From the NCBI RefSeq assembly GCF_009914755.1, contig NC_060947.1: 64,000 nucleotides of DNA; one strand, given 5' to 3'. The position numbers and the translations under genes were made by a program. The notes under the pieces were generated by a model that had not been told where the DNA came from, made no database searches, and worked only from the letters and a program-made list of their open reading frames with translations. This stretch comes from the human T2T-CHM13v2.0 reference genome, Homo sapiens. Below, one piece after another: positions 30,111 to 49,559 of this stretch (its first letter is position 1; every line of letters begins with the position of its first letter).

Positions 30111-31407
30111 AATTCCAAAGACCCTCAGGCTGGTGATGCAAGTGGGAAGTCTCATTTCTGAGAAGTGCTGCTTCCTACCCACAATTCTTTGATAGCTGAG
30201 TGCTTTAGCTGATCTGCATAACTGAGGTGTGCACCAAGGAGCAGAATTACTCTATAAATTTTGGCATCAACATGTGCAACTTGTGACTCAGCACTTTGAA
30301 ACTCTGGGGATTTTTTTGTTTGGTTGGTTTTTGTTTTAAGATGTCCTGTGGTATAGTGGAAATAGTACAATAGACTCAGATACAGAGAGGCCTTGTTTCT
30401 AGTCTTGGTTCTGTCACTTACTATCTTGATGTCCTTGCACAAATCACCAGACCTCTCTGAGCCTCAGTTTCTCCAACCACACTGTGGGAATAATAAAATC
30501 TTTTTTACGGCATTGTTGTAAGTATGTAGAGAAACTGGTACACAGTAGGCACACAATCAATGTCACCGTACCCTTCAGCCCTTCTTTTGTGGATGAAAAA
30601 TGGTCTTTGTGCTCCCAGTCACCACTGGGGTCTGTTCTCTCTCTCTCTGCTGTTACAGTGTGGCTTTTGGTTCTTGTTTCTTTGTTCTTTGGTCTGTAAA
30701 TTACCCTTGAAACAACCCTTGAAATTTCCACTCCATGACCTAAATCGTCATCCCTAAATTGGTTACATACATATTTGGTGACACTTTGGAGGGGAAAAGC
30801 TTTATGTCTCTCTAACTGTAGTTCTTAAGGGAATTTGCATATGGAAAAAACAGAGACTGCGTCTCTTAATTCCTCCAAACCAAATTATCTGGGATAGCAC
30901 ATATATGTTGTACTCTGTCTCTGAGCATTTGCTCTTAGAGAACTATGGTTAGAGCGAAGTAAATTTTTCTAATCATAAAAATTAATGATACCGCATATCT
31001 GATACTTGAATGAGTACCTCCTTGTAAAATTTATACTTAAATCCTTGAGTTTTTAAAGTGTAATAGCAATAGAAAGATTTTATTGTTGTTTACTTTTACT
31101 GTGAGTGCTCCAAAATCCCTCAGTTGCTCTTGAAAGAGCAAGATGATGCCATAGGCAATATTTTCCAAAGGTAGTAGGCAGAAAACTGAGTACACAGCAC
31201 ACAATAGGCCATATATACAAAAGCAAGTATTTTGCAAATAATAATAATTCAGGAAAAAAGCTTCACTTTCGTTGGTAACCTGTTTGTTTAAAACCATTTT
31301 ATTATTTATTATTTAAAAAGAGTGTCACTTGTTACAGATTGTGGGATGTGTTCCTTAAGATCACAAAAATGTAAAATATTTTCTTTTTATACTGAACACA
31401 TGCATAG

Positions 31408-31478
31408 ACAACTTACCTGAGCAAGCTGCTTTTTGGAGACATTTGCACATCTTTTGGGATCACGTTGTTAAGAAGTAG
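31408..31478 (+). CDS. AR: AR cryptic exon CE5, coding part (AR-V9 tail DNLPEQAAFWRHLHIFWDHVVKK*)
   Basis: Acceptor catag|AC; TAG 31476-31478. Confidence 0.92.
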
Positions 31479-32510
31479 AACTAAGGGAAAAACACGCAGC
31501 CACCCAGAAATCGGTAGAGCCTTCAGCTCATCTGTTATTAATATTTCTGTGACAACAGATATCTAGGAAGTAAACAGGAAATTGCATCGCTATCCTGCAT
31601 CACCTTTTTTGGAATCAGGTTCCATTCTTCTCAGTCCAGTTCAACCTTGTGATACTTTTTAGATCTCAACCAAGGCATAGAAATATATTTTCCCTTGCTT
31701 AATACCCCATGGAACCAATGCCCCTGTGGTTGAAGTAAAAATTGATTGTTGAGGGACATTTCAGCCCTCTAGCAGTCAACAATTAAAAACATGTAAGCAC
31801 CGAGCACCTGCAGAAAACTTGGACTGGCATTTGGATCTAAGAAGAAAATCTGCATCTTGACCAAGATGAAAAGTCACCAGCCCAAGCTTGTGCAGTGAAG
31901 TGTCATGTTGGCCACAATGAAACTGAAAGAGACTGATGACTCTCCTCAGGGTGGAAAATGAGGCATGGAAGCTTTGATTAGTGAGCTGTTAGGCACACAG
32001 ACATTAATTTCAAAGCATTCTCATCTCCAGTCTGAGTAATAATGCTTATAGTATTATGCAATTGTTTGGCTGCTGCAAGAAATTCAGCAGACTCCAACAA
32101 GTAGTCTTTCTTGGTCTCTGAGTGACTGTAACTTAAATTCTACCTCCCTTCTCTTCTCCTACATCTTCTCACTCCCCACCCCACCCCCACATACACACAA
32201 TTCTTGTCCACTATGTTCAGAGAGATGCACGCACACATATATATGTATATATATAGTATATTTGTCAATAAAGCAGAAAAGAAGAAAAAACTCCAAGTAA
32301 ACAATTTTCCATTTCCCCATCTCACTTCTGTCTTACAAGTGGATAGGAAAAGAAAAACCCCCAGTAAAAAATGGCAACCGCCCACCTCCCCAACTTTACA
32401 TGCTGCTTCCTATGTTAGAGGATCTGTCTTAGGCATCTGATTATGGAGCCTGCTAGATACAAGCCCGTATTTAGACTGCTACAGTCAACAATGTCTCTCT
32501 TTCATACTAG

Positions 32511-32560
32511 AAAAATTCCGGGTTGGCAATTGCAAGCATCTCAAAATGACCAGACCCTGA
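32511..32560 (+). CDS. AR: AR cryptic exon CE3/3b, coding part (AR-V7 tail EKFRVGNCKHLKMTRP*)
   Basis: Acceptor tctctctttcatactag|AA; TGA 32558-32560; exact AR-V7 peptide. Confidence 0.97.
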
Positions 32561-33574
32561 AGAAAGGCTGACTTGCCTCATTCAAAATGAGGGCTCTAGA
32601 GGGCTCTAGTGGATAGTCTGGAGAAACCTGGCGTCTGAGGCTTAGGAGCTTAGGTTTTTGCTCCTCAACACAGACTTTGACGTTGGGGTTGGGGGCTACT
32701 CTCTTGATTGCTGACTCCCTCCAGCGGGACCAATAGTGTTTTCCTACCTCACAGGGATGTTGTGAGGACGGGCTGTAGAAGTAATAGTGGTTACCACTCA
32801 TGTAGTTGTGAGTATCATGATTATTGTTTCCTGTAATGTGGCTTGGCATTGGCAAAGTGCTTTTTGATTGTTCTTGATCACATATGATGGGGGCCAGGCA
32901 CTGACTCAGGCGGATGCAGTGAAGCTCTGGCTCAGTCGCTTGCTTTTCGTGGTGTGCTGCCAGGAAGAAACTTTGCTGATGGGACTCAAGGTGTCACCTT
33001 GGACAAGAAGCAACTGTGTCTGTCTGAGGTTCCTGTGGCCATCTTTATTTGTGTATTAGGCAATTCGTATTTCCCCCTTAGGTTCTAGCCTTCTGGATCC
33101 CAGCCAGTGACCTAGATCTTAGCCTCAGGCCCTGTCACTGAGCTGAAGGTAGTAGCTGATCCACAGAAGTTCAGTAAACAAGGACCAGATTTCTGCTTCT
33201 CCAGGAGAAGAAGCCAGCCAACCCCTCTCTTCAAACACACTGAGAGACTACAGTCCGACTTTCCCTCTTACATCTAGCCTTACTGTAGCCACACTCCTTG
33301 ATTGCTCTCTCACATCACATGCTTCTCTTCATCAGTTGTAAGCCTCTCATTCTTCTCCCAAGCCAGACTCAAATATTGTATTGATGTCAAAGAAGAATCA
33401 CTTAGAGTTTGGAATATCTTGTTCTCTCTCTGCTCCATAGCTTCCATATTGACACCAGTTTCTTTCTAGTGGAGAAGTGGAGTCTGTGAAGCCAGGGAAA
33501 CACACATGTGAGAGTCAGAAGGACTCTCCCTGACTTGCCTGGGGCCTGTCTTTCCCACCTTCTCCAGTCTGTCT

Positions 33575-33576
<2 letters not shown>

Positions 33577-33615
<39 letters not shown>

Positions 33616-33686
33616 CTCTCTCTCTCTCCCCCCCCAACACACACACACTCTCTCTCTCTCTCACACACACACACATACACACACAC
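33577..33686 (+). repeat. Compound microsatellite (AC)18-(CT)n-Cn-(AC)n-(TC)n-(AC)n in the AR-V7/V9 3' UTR
   Basis: Read directly. Confidence 0.95.
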
Positions 33687-33895
33687 TTCTTTCTCTTTCC
33701 CCTGACTCAGCAACATTCTGGAGAAAAGCCAAGGAAGGACTTCAGGAGGGGAGTTTCCCCCTTCTCAGGGCAGAATTTTAATCTCCAGACCAACAAGAAG
33801 TTCCCTAATGTGGATTGAAAGGCTAATGAGGTTTATTTTTAACTACTTTCTATTTGTTTGAATGTTGCATATTTCTACTAGTGAAATTTTCCCTT

Positions 33896-33901
33896 AATAA
33901 A
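33896..33901 (+). terminator. Intronic poly(A) signal ending CE3 (shared by AR-V7 and AR-V9)
   Basis: AATAAA about 1.39 kb after the CE3 acceptor, followed by U-rich sequence; consistent with the known CE3 length. Confidence 0.85.
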
Positions 33902-34019
33902 GCCATTAATACACCAATCGTATTTTCTTATTTACAACAGACTGAGAGAATTAATGCTGTTAACATTGGATCTTTTTTCTTTTTTTTTTTTTCCTTTTTT
34001 TTCTCTCTCGTTTGCTTTC

Positions 34020-34036
34020 CAGGTCATGCTGACCTG
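34020..34036. promoter_or_regulatory. Perfect palindromic estrogen response element CAGGTCAtgcTGACCTG
   Basis: Exact AGGTCAnnnTGACCT at 34021-34035 with complementary flanks. The motif is certain; function is untested. Confidence 0.6.
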
Positions 34037-36951
34037 TTCAGCTTGGACTGTTTCACATTTGTTTTTAATGTCAGTTTAAATGTAATTGTAAAAGCATGTA
34101 TGCTCTAAAATCATGTAGTTACTTTTTTCAGTGGAAAAGCCTGGTATTCGAAAGCATTTCCAGGCTCTGCAATTTCATATGAGCAGGTTTTTGGTAAAAT
34201 CTTTTGTCCCTCACTCAGGGTGGTATCTGGACAGTGAGCCCCTTTCTTCTGGCTCAGTAGTCAGAGAGAGGAGACTTGGAGACAGTTTCTGCTGGATCCT
34301 GTGCTTTGGCAAGGATGTGCAGCATTGCATATCATTCTATCATTAATTATGTTTACTCCTCCATGAACTAAAAACCATTAGACTAAATAGTCCAACATAA
34401 ACCTTGAAAGATAAAATTTGATATTCTTTTGCCTGGCCATTTCTCTGACCCAGAATTGGGGCTGGGAGGGGATTGGAGACTTGGGGGAAAGAATCAAGGA
34501 GCCTTCTTGCCTGGGGGAATTTGGCATGCACTTATTAATCCCATTTGGTTGCACTCCCTACTAATCCCTCACTCCATACCTGCCAAGGATTGGCTCTGCT
34601 CCCTGCTTCTCATCCCTGTCCTAGTTCTTCCTCACCTATCTCCATTTCCCACTACTGATCCTTCTCTCCAGTAAGATGCTATTCAACCCGATGAAATATA
34701 AAGAGTAGCACCACCCTGGAAGTCAGGATACCTTAGTTTTAGCTCCTGCTCTACCATTATCTAGCTGTGTGACCTGGGGCATGACTTAACCTTTGCTCTT
34801 CAGTCTGAACAGTCTTTAAGAATTGGTTTGGAGGAGGAAGGAAGGGATAGACAAGATCCAAGGCCTTTGAACTCTTTTTTGGAAATGGGTCCTTTTCTTC
34901 AAACAAAATTTGATGCAGAGTCCCAAATTTACCTACAGAATAAAATACTGCTGTTCTTGTTTGAAAGGAAGTGGGGTGCTTGGAGCCACATGCTCAGGCC
35001 CACTTTGCCCCCTCTCAGGAACCCTCGAAAAAACTTATAGGACTTATAGGACTGTTGGGGATCTGCCAAGTCTCTCTTATGTTACATTTCAGTCCTTGTG
35101 AAACTCTATATGTTTCATCAGTTCACTTTTTCAGAAAGTTCACCTGCTTGGGGTAAAGGTCATGAAGTGGAGAATGTGGGGCTCAGTAACTAGCAATAGT
35201 AAAAAACATCATTGATTGGCTTGCAGAATTTACTCTGTTCTAAGCATCTTACACACATACTCATCTGAAAACTCACAACAACCTTGTGAGGTAGATCTGT
35301 TATTATCTTAAGATTCTGAAACCTGCCAGCATGACTCTCAATCTTTGACTTGAGACCAGTTGCCCAACATGGAAGGTTATACTTTTCACAGTTTACCACC
35401 ATAAGCAGTCTTTCAGAGTGATTTCTAGCTAGAGATCCATTCTTAGAAAAAGTCAGAACCTGCCCATTAGCATACACTGTCACATGGTGCAGAGTACCTT
35501 CACTGGGTTCATCTCATTTCCTCCTAAAAATAGTCCTATGCAGTAGTCCAGTCATATCATCACCATTATATAGATGAGAAAAACTGAGGTGTAGGAGAAA
35601 TCAAGAGATCTGTTCAAGGTCACACATTCCATAAGACTCTGAATACCACCATCAAGAATAATAAACCTTTTATGTGAAAAGCATTTTAGAACTTCAGTGT
35701 CATTATTGCATTCTGCCTCCTGGAGTTCAGTGCACTTTTTCACCATGCTTTAATCTTGGAGTCCTGGTGGTACAGAATCTGCCTTCTACTCTCAGACAAC
35801 ACCACAGTGTCTTTATCCCTCATAACAAACTTATGAATTAAGTAATGATATTATCCCCATTTTACAAATTAGTTAACTGAGATACCAAGAGGCTAAGTCT
35901 TGCCCAAAGTCACACAGCTAGTCAGTGATAGAGCCGGAGTTACAAATGAGGCATCCTGACTCCAGAATATTTGCTCTTAACTACTACTCTTTATACATAT
36001 GTAAGGAAACTAAAAGCAAAAGAGGGAAAGATGTCCCTGAGGCCCCACAGTGAGCTCCCCTGACTCACAATCCAGTATTCCTCTGACCTTCTAATCCTAA
36101 AGTTATACAGTAAGGTCCCTTGACTCTAATCCTAGTAGATGGAAAGATGGCTGGCATGATTTAAGCCAGAGGCCACAAACTGGCTTCCCCAGAGCCAGAA
36201 TTCACCTGCAGAATTCTGTTTGTCCAGCACAGTGTTTGTTTAGAAAATTGACGTAGACTGCCCCTAGGCAGGGCATCAATCACTGTCATTGTCCCCAGCC
36301 CTCCTTATTTATGTTTGCCAGGCTTTTTTACTCATTTATGTGTCTGCCTGACTTGTGAAGGTATTTGAGTTTATGACTTTTAGATTTAAGCATTGCAATA
36401 TATAAGCACTGCACACATGCATTCACAAAAGTATAGCCTAGTCTAGCTTCACAAAGAATTTGTAGCCCTACACCAAACACACCTTTATGTTTACTTAGTG
36501 TTTAGAATTAGATTTAAGATCAGAATTTAGTTTCACAGGCATTCATGTGTGGAAGAACCTCAGTTATTGTTTTTTGTTTCATACTGTCTCACCCTTGCTT
36601 TCCCTGCTGTGTCTGGACCCCTGTCAATCCTGCTTTCTGCCATTCTTCATGCCTGAGTTAGGGCCCCTGCAAGCCATTCACTGGTTAATCTTTAGGAATG
36701 AATGGAGAGTGGAAACCAGTTTGGAGGGTTCACTGTGTCCCAAGCATCCTCTCATTTAGTTCTCATAAGTGTCCTAAGAGACAGGTAGCAGCACATTCGT
36801 TTTATAAATGAGGAAACTAAATCTCAGAGAAGCTGAACAAAGACCTCAAAGTCATTAAGGTAGTAATTAACGGAGCCGGGATTTGAACGCAAGACTGTTG
36901 GACTCCAGAGCCTATTCTTTTGCCCTACACCACAGTTCCTTACAAGGAAGA

Positions 36952-37544
36952 TGTATTCATTTTCTATTACTGCATAACACATTGCCACAAATTTAGCAGC
37001 TTCAAACATTTATCAGCTCACTGTTTTGTAAGTCAGAAGTCTGGCACAGCATGGCTAGATTCTCAGTTCAGGGTCTCTGAAGGATGAAACTGATGTGTTT
37101 ACCAGGATGCATTCTAATCTGAAGCTCAGGGTTCTCTTCCAAGCTCATGTAATTATTGCAGGATTCAGTTATTTGTGGTTGTAGGACTAAGGCTCCCTCT
37201 TCCTTTCTGGCTACCAGCCAAGGGCCATTCTCAGCTCTTGGAGGCTGCCCTCTTTCCTTATCATGTGGACCCCAACGCCTTCAAAGCCAACAACAGAGAC
37301 TCTTCCTTGTGTTGAATGTTTCTCACTCTACGGATGTCTTTCCTGGAGGATCCCAGTCCCGTAAGGGCTCACCTGATGAGGTCAGGTACATCAAGAATAG
37401 CCACCCTTCAAATTCAACTGAATTAGCACCTTCATTACATCTACCTAGCCTTTTTACAACAGCATCTAGGTTAGTGCTTGACTGAATGACTGGAAACTAA
37501 GGTCTCAGAATCTCGGGGACCGTCTTAGAAGTCAGCCTACTACA
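36952..37544. mobile_element. MaLR (MLT1-type) solo LTR
   Basis: TG...CA termini; TGTATTCATTTTCTATTACTGCATAACA...CACAAATTTAGCAGCTT start and ...GCCTACTACA end typical of MLT1. Confidence 0.8.
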
Positions 37545-38876
37545 GATGTTGATTCTTTTCATGTGTCAAATTTCATAGTGAGATAGGGAGAACAGAAACA
37601 TCACATCCTTGACCTTAGGTAAAGGGATTCAAACTTCCTAAGACTTTGGAAACTTCACGCCACTTTCACCTTTTCCTTAATCATGGTTGAGAAGGCCTAT
37701 ATCTTGGAGTGGCCAGGAGTGAGACTGGAACAGTACCTAAAGGTTAAGGACGCTAAAGAAGTTACAGATTGGTTACATCTGCTCCTCCCTAGGAATGATC
37801 CATGGAACCTGATTTGAAATTTTTTTCTCTGGTGCTATAGATAGCTCCCACAGGGGTCTAATGCCCCAGGGCTGAAAAGTTAGTTCCCCATAGGATCCAT
37901 CCAGGCATGATATCAGGCCAGGTGTTACAATCTCCTAAAGAGGAGGTATGGACTGGAAAGCCCCTTGCCAATGGCCCTTTCTTGTCACTGCTCTGACCCA
38001 AGACTAACAGGGCAGAGATAGTGAACTCACATACTATTAAAACTATCCACTTATACTTCCCCCTTTCTCTTTGCTTTATCACTCCATTTAAGTAAACCAA
38101 TGAGTCTCTGCCTTGACACAGTGGCAAGCTGACCTGTATCTTATATGAAAGAATTAGATTTGACTCTGGGGCTCAGGTGCAGAGGGCAGGAGGGGCATAA
38201 GGATGGCCTTCATGGAAGAAAAGAAGTCCTTGGATACTGAGTAACAGCTGAGACTAGCAAGCCTCATTGTCCAGGATTCCAAGTCGTCTAGCAACATCCT
38301 GGTCTCTGCTGCAGACAGAACAGAGGATCCCCCGGCAGAATGAATGGAGTCTGATTTCAATTACGTTCAGTATAGTCACTCTCTTTAGGCAGAGAAGCCA
38401 GAACACCTGGTGCAGCTAGGGCCACTGTGGTCACAGGGACAAGCACACTACCTGGGTCCTGGAGGCAAGTGGGAATGCAGTTTTTCTTCCTTAAGCAGAT
38501 GCCATATAGGCCTGGGGAGGAGGATGTGAGAATACCAGCCAAGTTCTCATTGGCACTATACAGAGAAAGGGGAATTATTTCATCTTGATGGATTCTCCCC
38601 ACAGTCTCTGCACATATTGATCTTACTTGTAATGAGTTTGCTTAGGTTCACGAGTCATCATCCCAGGGAGATCTGAGTCATTGGTGGGAAAGTCGAGGCG
38701 ACAGATTATATCTCACTGATCTCACTGTCACCAATTGCTCTGTGTGTCCCTCCACCTTTTGAAAAAGTCCATGGATTCATTTGTGTGTAATTCATTTGGA
38801 TTTATTTCTTCTTTATCAATAGCTTTAGTGGGGTATTGCAAATGGGAAAGTTGCCCCAGAGAACAGTGTACATTCA

Positions 38877-39140
38877 CAGCATTATTCAGTAGAACTTTCT
38901 GAGATGATGAAAATCTTCTATATCTTATGTTGTACAATATAATACAGCCACTAACTACATGTAGCTTTTGAACACTGGAAATGTGGCAGGTGAGACTGAG
39001 GGATTATATTTTTAATTTTTTAATGTTGTAATTAATTTAATTTTTTAAAATTTTTGCTTTCTATTTTATAGTTTAATAATTAAACTAAACTTACGTAGCC
39101 CACATGTGGCTAGTTGGCTACTATACTGGACAGTACAAGT
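38877..39140. mobile_element. MER3/MER33-like hAT DNA transposon remnant
   Basis: TAGAACTTTCTGAGATGATGAAAAT...GCCACTAACTACATGT...CACATGTGGCTAGT pattern. Confidence 0.7.
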
Positions 39141-39511
39141 CTAGAAGGATCTCAGAGAGACACATGCTGAGATACAGCAGGAATAAGTCAAAAAGAGAGC
39201 CAATGTAACATAGGGAATTCTGGATTGGGAATTAGAGCCCTGGCTCTAATCTCAGCTCTGCCACTAGGTGACCTTGCCCTCTCTGGCTTCAGCCTCCCCA
39301 TCTTTGACTTGAAAGGTTAAACTAACTAACGTCGAAAGTCCCAAAATGGTGGCTATGGACTGAATTCAATTTTGGGATACACAAGTTTCAGGAATTTTTT
39401 AAAAATCTATTAATGCCTTCTAGGTGTGTGTATGCACGCTTGCAGACATGTGCCCATGCACAAGCATGGGAAGGCAGTAAGGCATTCATTTCAATTCACC
39501 AGTGTACTAAC

Positions 39512-39515
<4 letters not shown>

Positions 39516-39553
<38 letters not shown>

Positions 39554-39561
39554 CACACACA
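39516..39561 (+). repeat. (CA)n microsatellite
   Basis: Read directly. Confidence 0.95.
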
Positions 39562-40629
39562 CCCTACTGTATTGCCTATGTAGAGCCTGAAGATCTTTTA
39601 ATCTGTCACCATTGGATAAGATAATTTCTAAGGACCCTTCCTGTTTTGTCATGCTGAAAATCTTTAAGCCACTATAGTGTCCCAAATCTATTCCAGTTTG
39701 GGCAGATGACTGGAGTATTCTCATAGCCTCCTGTCTATTCCCTTCTGGATTTGATACTAGTTATGAAGTTTGGAGTCAAGGGTGAAGAAGGGAGGCAGGG
39801 ATGATATAACCCCAGCCCCACTCCTCAACTCTGCTTTTGAGTTAGAAGTAGGGTTCAGGGCTTCAGATTCCTTGGGGAGGCAGTAGAGAGAATATGGGCT
39901 TTATAATCAGAAGATGAGGTTCAGATGATTGGGTTCTCACCTTTTTTATAGCTGTGTTACCTCAGTTTATTCATTTGTAAAATAGGGATAAGAAATATCT
40001 TTAACCTCCTAAGATCATGTGGAATTAAGTGATGTAATGTGATGAAGCGAGGCACGCAGAAGGCCCTGAAAAAATTAGTAGTTACCCTTAAGGGGACTAA
40101 ATGGTCTGGCAACTCCCGAGCTCAAAGCTAGAAAGGTCCAGTAATGGGGAAGATGGGGTCTTTCTGTAGGAACTGTAGCAGGGGAGCAGATCCTGTAGGC
40201 CACCAGTCTGTGGAGCTGTGTCCAAGAACTCATGTTTGCAATAAGCCCACCAAATGACAAGTTATTGTGGGGTTCAGGCCTCTAACTCAAGAAGATGGTC
40301 TTGGCCCAGATCATACCTTGCAGCCTGTGCCTTTGGTGGGATGTGGGTGTTGGCAGTGGCTATGCATATCTCCTTATTACTGGCTGTGCCAAAGCCCCGC
40401 AGAAATGATTGTTGGACAAAGTCATCTTGCACTCAGGGCTGGTTTTCCAGGCTTCCTTGTTATTTTCCCCTGAGTTCTTCTGTGTTCCTCTTGCAACACC
40501 AACCCCACTATTTTCCTCTTCCCTACCCTAGTTGTTGGTCCAAACATGTAATCCATTCTTGCAGTGATTTATTGGGTGACACCATGACTGGAGTTTGCAT
40601 TGAAGGACTTCTTTTTCTAATTAGAACTA

Positions 40630-40968
<339 letters not shown>

Positions 40969-41481
40969 TCACAGGGGCCAGACACAGATGAGAGCAGGTT
41001 TTGTTGTATTTATCCATTTAAATTGAGCAATAAAATTCTCTCTTTGGTTTCTACCTTTCTTATTTATTATTATTATGTTAAAGGGATTAAAGTGGTTCAT
41101 GGTCTTTCTCAGTGCAACTGCTTATGCTAGACCTCAGAATTATGACCTTTTCAATTATTTATATTTCTGTCTATATAAATACTGGAAAAAATAGTACAAA
41201 GTAAGCATCGGAATGCCTAAGGACCTCTAAATTGTGTGTGTGAGCACATGGGGAAGATGGTTCTTAAGGTTTGAGTTTTGGATTATTGTGGTTGTCTTAA
41301 ATAATGTTATTTCTATCATTCTTTCCAATGACTGTCTCCTAGCATAGTTCCCATTTTACAGACTGATGGCAGAGGCAGAAAGATTCTCTCACTTCTTTGA
41401 TACTATTGAGGACTTCAGCCTTTCACCGCTCTTCTCCCCTTTGCTAAAAAAGAAAAAAATCAATATGTATGTTACAGTGCA

Positions 41482-47617
<6,136 letters not shown>

Positions 47618-47880
47618 ATGAATCATGCATGTTCAACTATGAGCAACTATGTGTATTCAATGGGAAATGGAATACCATAAAATTATCATATGTTGAGCCC
47701 AAAATGATAGGATAGAATTTGATAGTCTGAGGATGGAAAGGACCTTCAAGGCCACTTTTAAAAACCCCATTCCCATATGATGCTTGAATTCTTAACCACT
47801 GTGTGTCTAGTATTTTCTCATTTCCAGTGATATGTGTGCCTGCCAACCTTTCCGTCTCCAAGAGCTTTAACTATCAAAAT

Positions 47881-47970
47881 GTATGTGTGTGTGTTTTTGT
47901 GTGTGCATGTGTGTGTGAGTGTGCGTGTGTGTGTGTGTGTGTTTAGAGAGAGAGAGAGAGACAGAAAGAG
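47881..47970 (+). repeat. Interrupted (TG)n followed by (AG)n
   Basis: Read directly. Confidence 0.9.
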
Positions 47971-48159
47971 AAGGAGAGACTAAAATCCAATTCACTGTTC
48001 TTTCTGGGACCCAAAGAACAAGTCTAGTCATTCTCCATTTCTAGTCTCTTTCCCTAGCAATCGGCTAGACATGCTAGACATAGACACATGTACATCACTC
48101 CTTTGAATTACAACATTCAGTATTTGTCTATCACTTATATGATAAAATACAAACTTAGC

Positions 48160-48473
<314 letters not shown>

Positions 48474-49202
48474 AAATTTCTTAATATGATATACATGCTC
48501 CTTTAAAATCAAGCACCATCTTTGCTTTCAACCTCATTATTAACCACTTTCCCATATATGCAACATATGTTTCAGCCATACTAGTGTCTAGTTTTTCCCT
48601 GAACACTCCTTGGTGCTTTTGTTTATGCCCTTTCTGCCCACCTTTGCCTGGTGAAATCCTCATCAATCTTCAAATTCTATCAAATACTATCTTCCATATA
48701 AAGCATTTTCTAAACCCACCTATGTAAAAAGATTAGTGTTTTCCTATTTTGTTGATGCCTCCATTGCAGCATTTTCCAGTCCAACGTTTTCTAGAATTGA
48801 TTGTGGCCAGGCTACCAGACTGGGCCAGGGCCTGTGTCTTTTCTGTCACCCAGAAGCAAAGGTCTAACAATGGATATCTGCTGAATGAATGAACGAAAAT
48901 GAATCATTAATATATTAGTAAATACGTTAATTAAAGTTCCAGGTATGAATACTGAAGGCTGCATTCAGGCAGAGCTGGATCCAAGGATATGCTAGGTTGG
49001 TCTAGCACAAGAATCAGAGTTTTCCTCTGCAAGCTATGAAAAATTTGGGTTTAGCAGGTATTTGGGATGATGAATTATACATTTAACCAGTGTTGAATGA
49101 GCACTTGTCCTTAAGGAGTTTAGAGTCTGTGACCAGGGAGAATGGTGATTTTCTTAGCTAGGGCAGTTTTTCTAAAAAGGTAGTTGCATTGTGTGTTTTT
49201 GA

Positions 49203-49559
<357 letters not shown>

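Noticed and set aside
34097-34108. CaaX prenylation motif at the end of the predicted new tail (...KACML)
   Set aside because: The cysteine is third, not fourth, from the C-terminus.
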